Source: Octopus sinensis (Eukaryota). From it: 64,000 bases of DNA. Within the stretch, counting starts at the first letter, position 1; each line of letters begins with the position of its first letter. The position numbers and the translations under genes were made by a program. Where the stretch lies: NCBI RefSeq assembly GCF_006345805.1, contig NC_043014.1:45880001-45944000 (forward strand), in the 5' to 3' direction. Below the pieces are notes generated by a model. That model ran no database searches, was not told the origin of the DNA, and saw only the letters and a program-made list of their open reading frames with translations. Shown here piece after piece: positions 63,864 to 64,000 of the stretch.

Positions 63864-64000
63864 GTGGAGGCGCAATGGCCCAGTGGTTAGGGCAGCGGAC
63901 TCGCGGTCGTAAGATCGCGGTTTCGATTCCCAGACCGGGCGTTGTGAGTGTTTATTGAGCGAAAACACCTAAAAGCTCCACGACGCTACGGCAGGGGGTG
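63864..64000 (+). mobile_element. SINE family C head, runs off the window
   Basis: GGAGGCGCAATGGCCCAGTGGTTAGGGCAGCGGACTCGCGG..GGTTTCGATTCCC, with intact A and B boxes. Confidence 0.85.

Noticed and set aside
63864-63940. Possible tRNA genes (also the heads of SINE A and B)
   Set aside because: There is no closed acceptor stem, and each continues into a SINE body.

Overview
AT-rich, repeat-saturated eukaryotic DNA, almost all intronic or intergenic, with one 100-N scaffold gap (42532-42631). The SINE families and dense (TA)/(TG)/(GA)/(AAT) microsatellites match what I recall of Octopus (coleoid cephalopod) genomes; this assignment is inference and no search was run. No complete protein-coding gene is visible, and nearly all listed ORFs are microsatellite or SINE read-throughs. 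The window holds about 25 copies or fragments of tRNA-headed SINE A, head-less tandem multimers of SINE B, and SINE C with a shared head and alternative tails. It also holds an old dispersed repeat D that has amplified into a 180-bp tandem array, decayed RTE, CR1 and Penelope-like RT fragments, and three Helitron-like elements. MITEs include Merlin-like (8-9 bp TSD), hAT, piggyBac and Tc1/mariner types, plus a ~950-bp foldback element. The most notable signals are short Penelope-type tails carrying minimal hammerhead-ribozyme folds docked at (TA)n, the SINE B multimers with a recurrent junction, several near-perfect hairpins (one of pre-miRNA size), and two weak minus-strand exon candidates. 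Repeat boundaries are approximate to a few bases unless a TSD is quoted.
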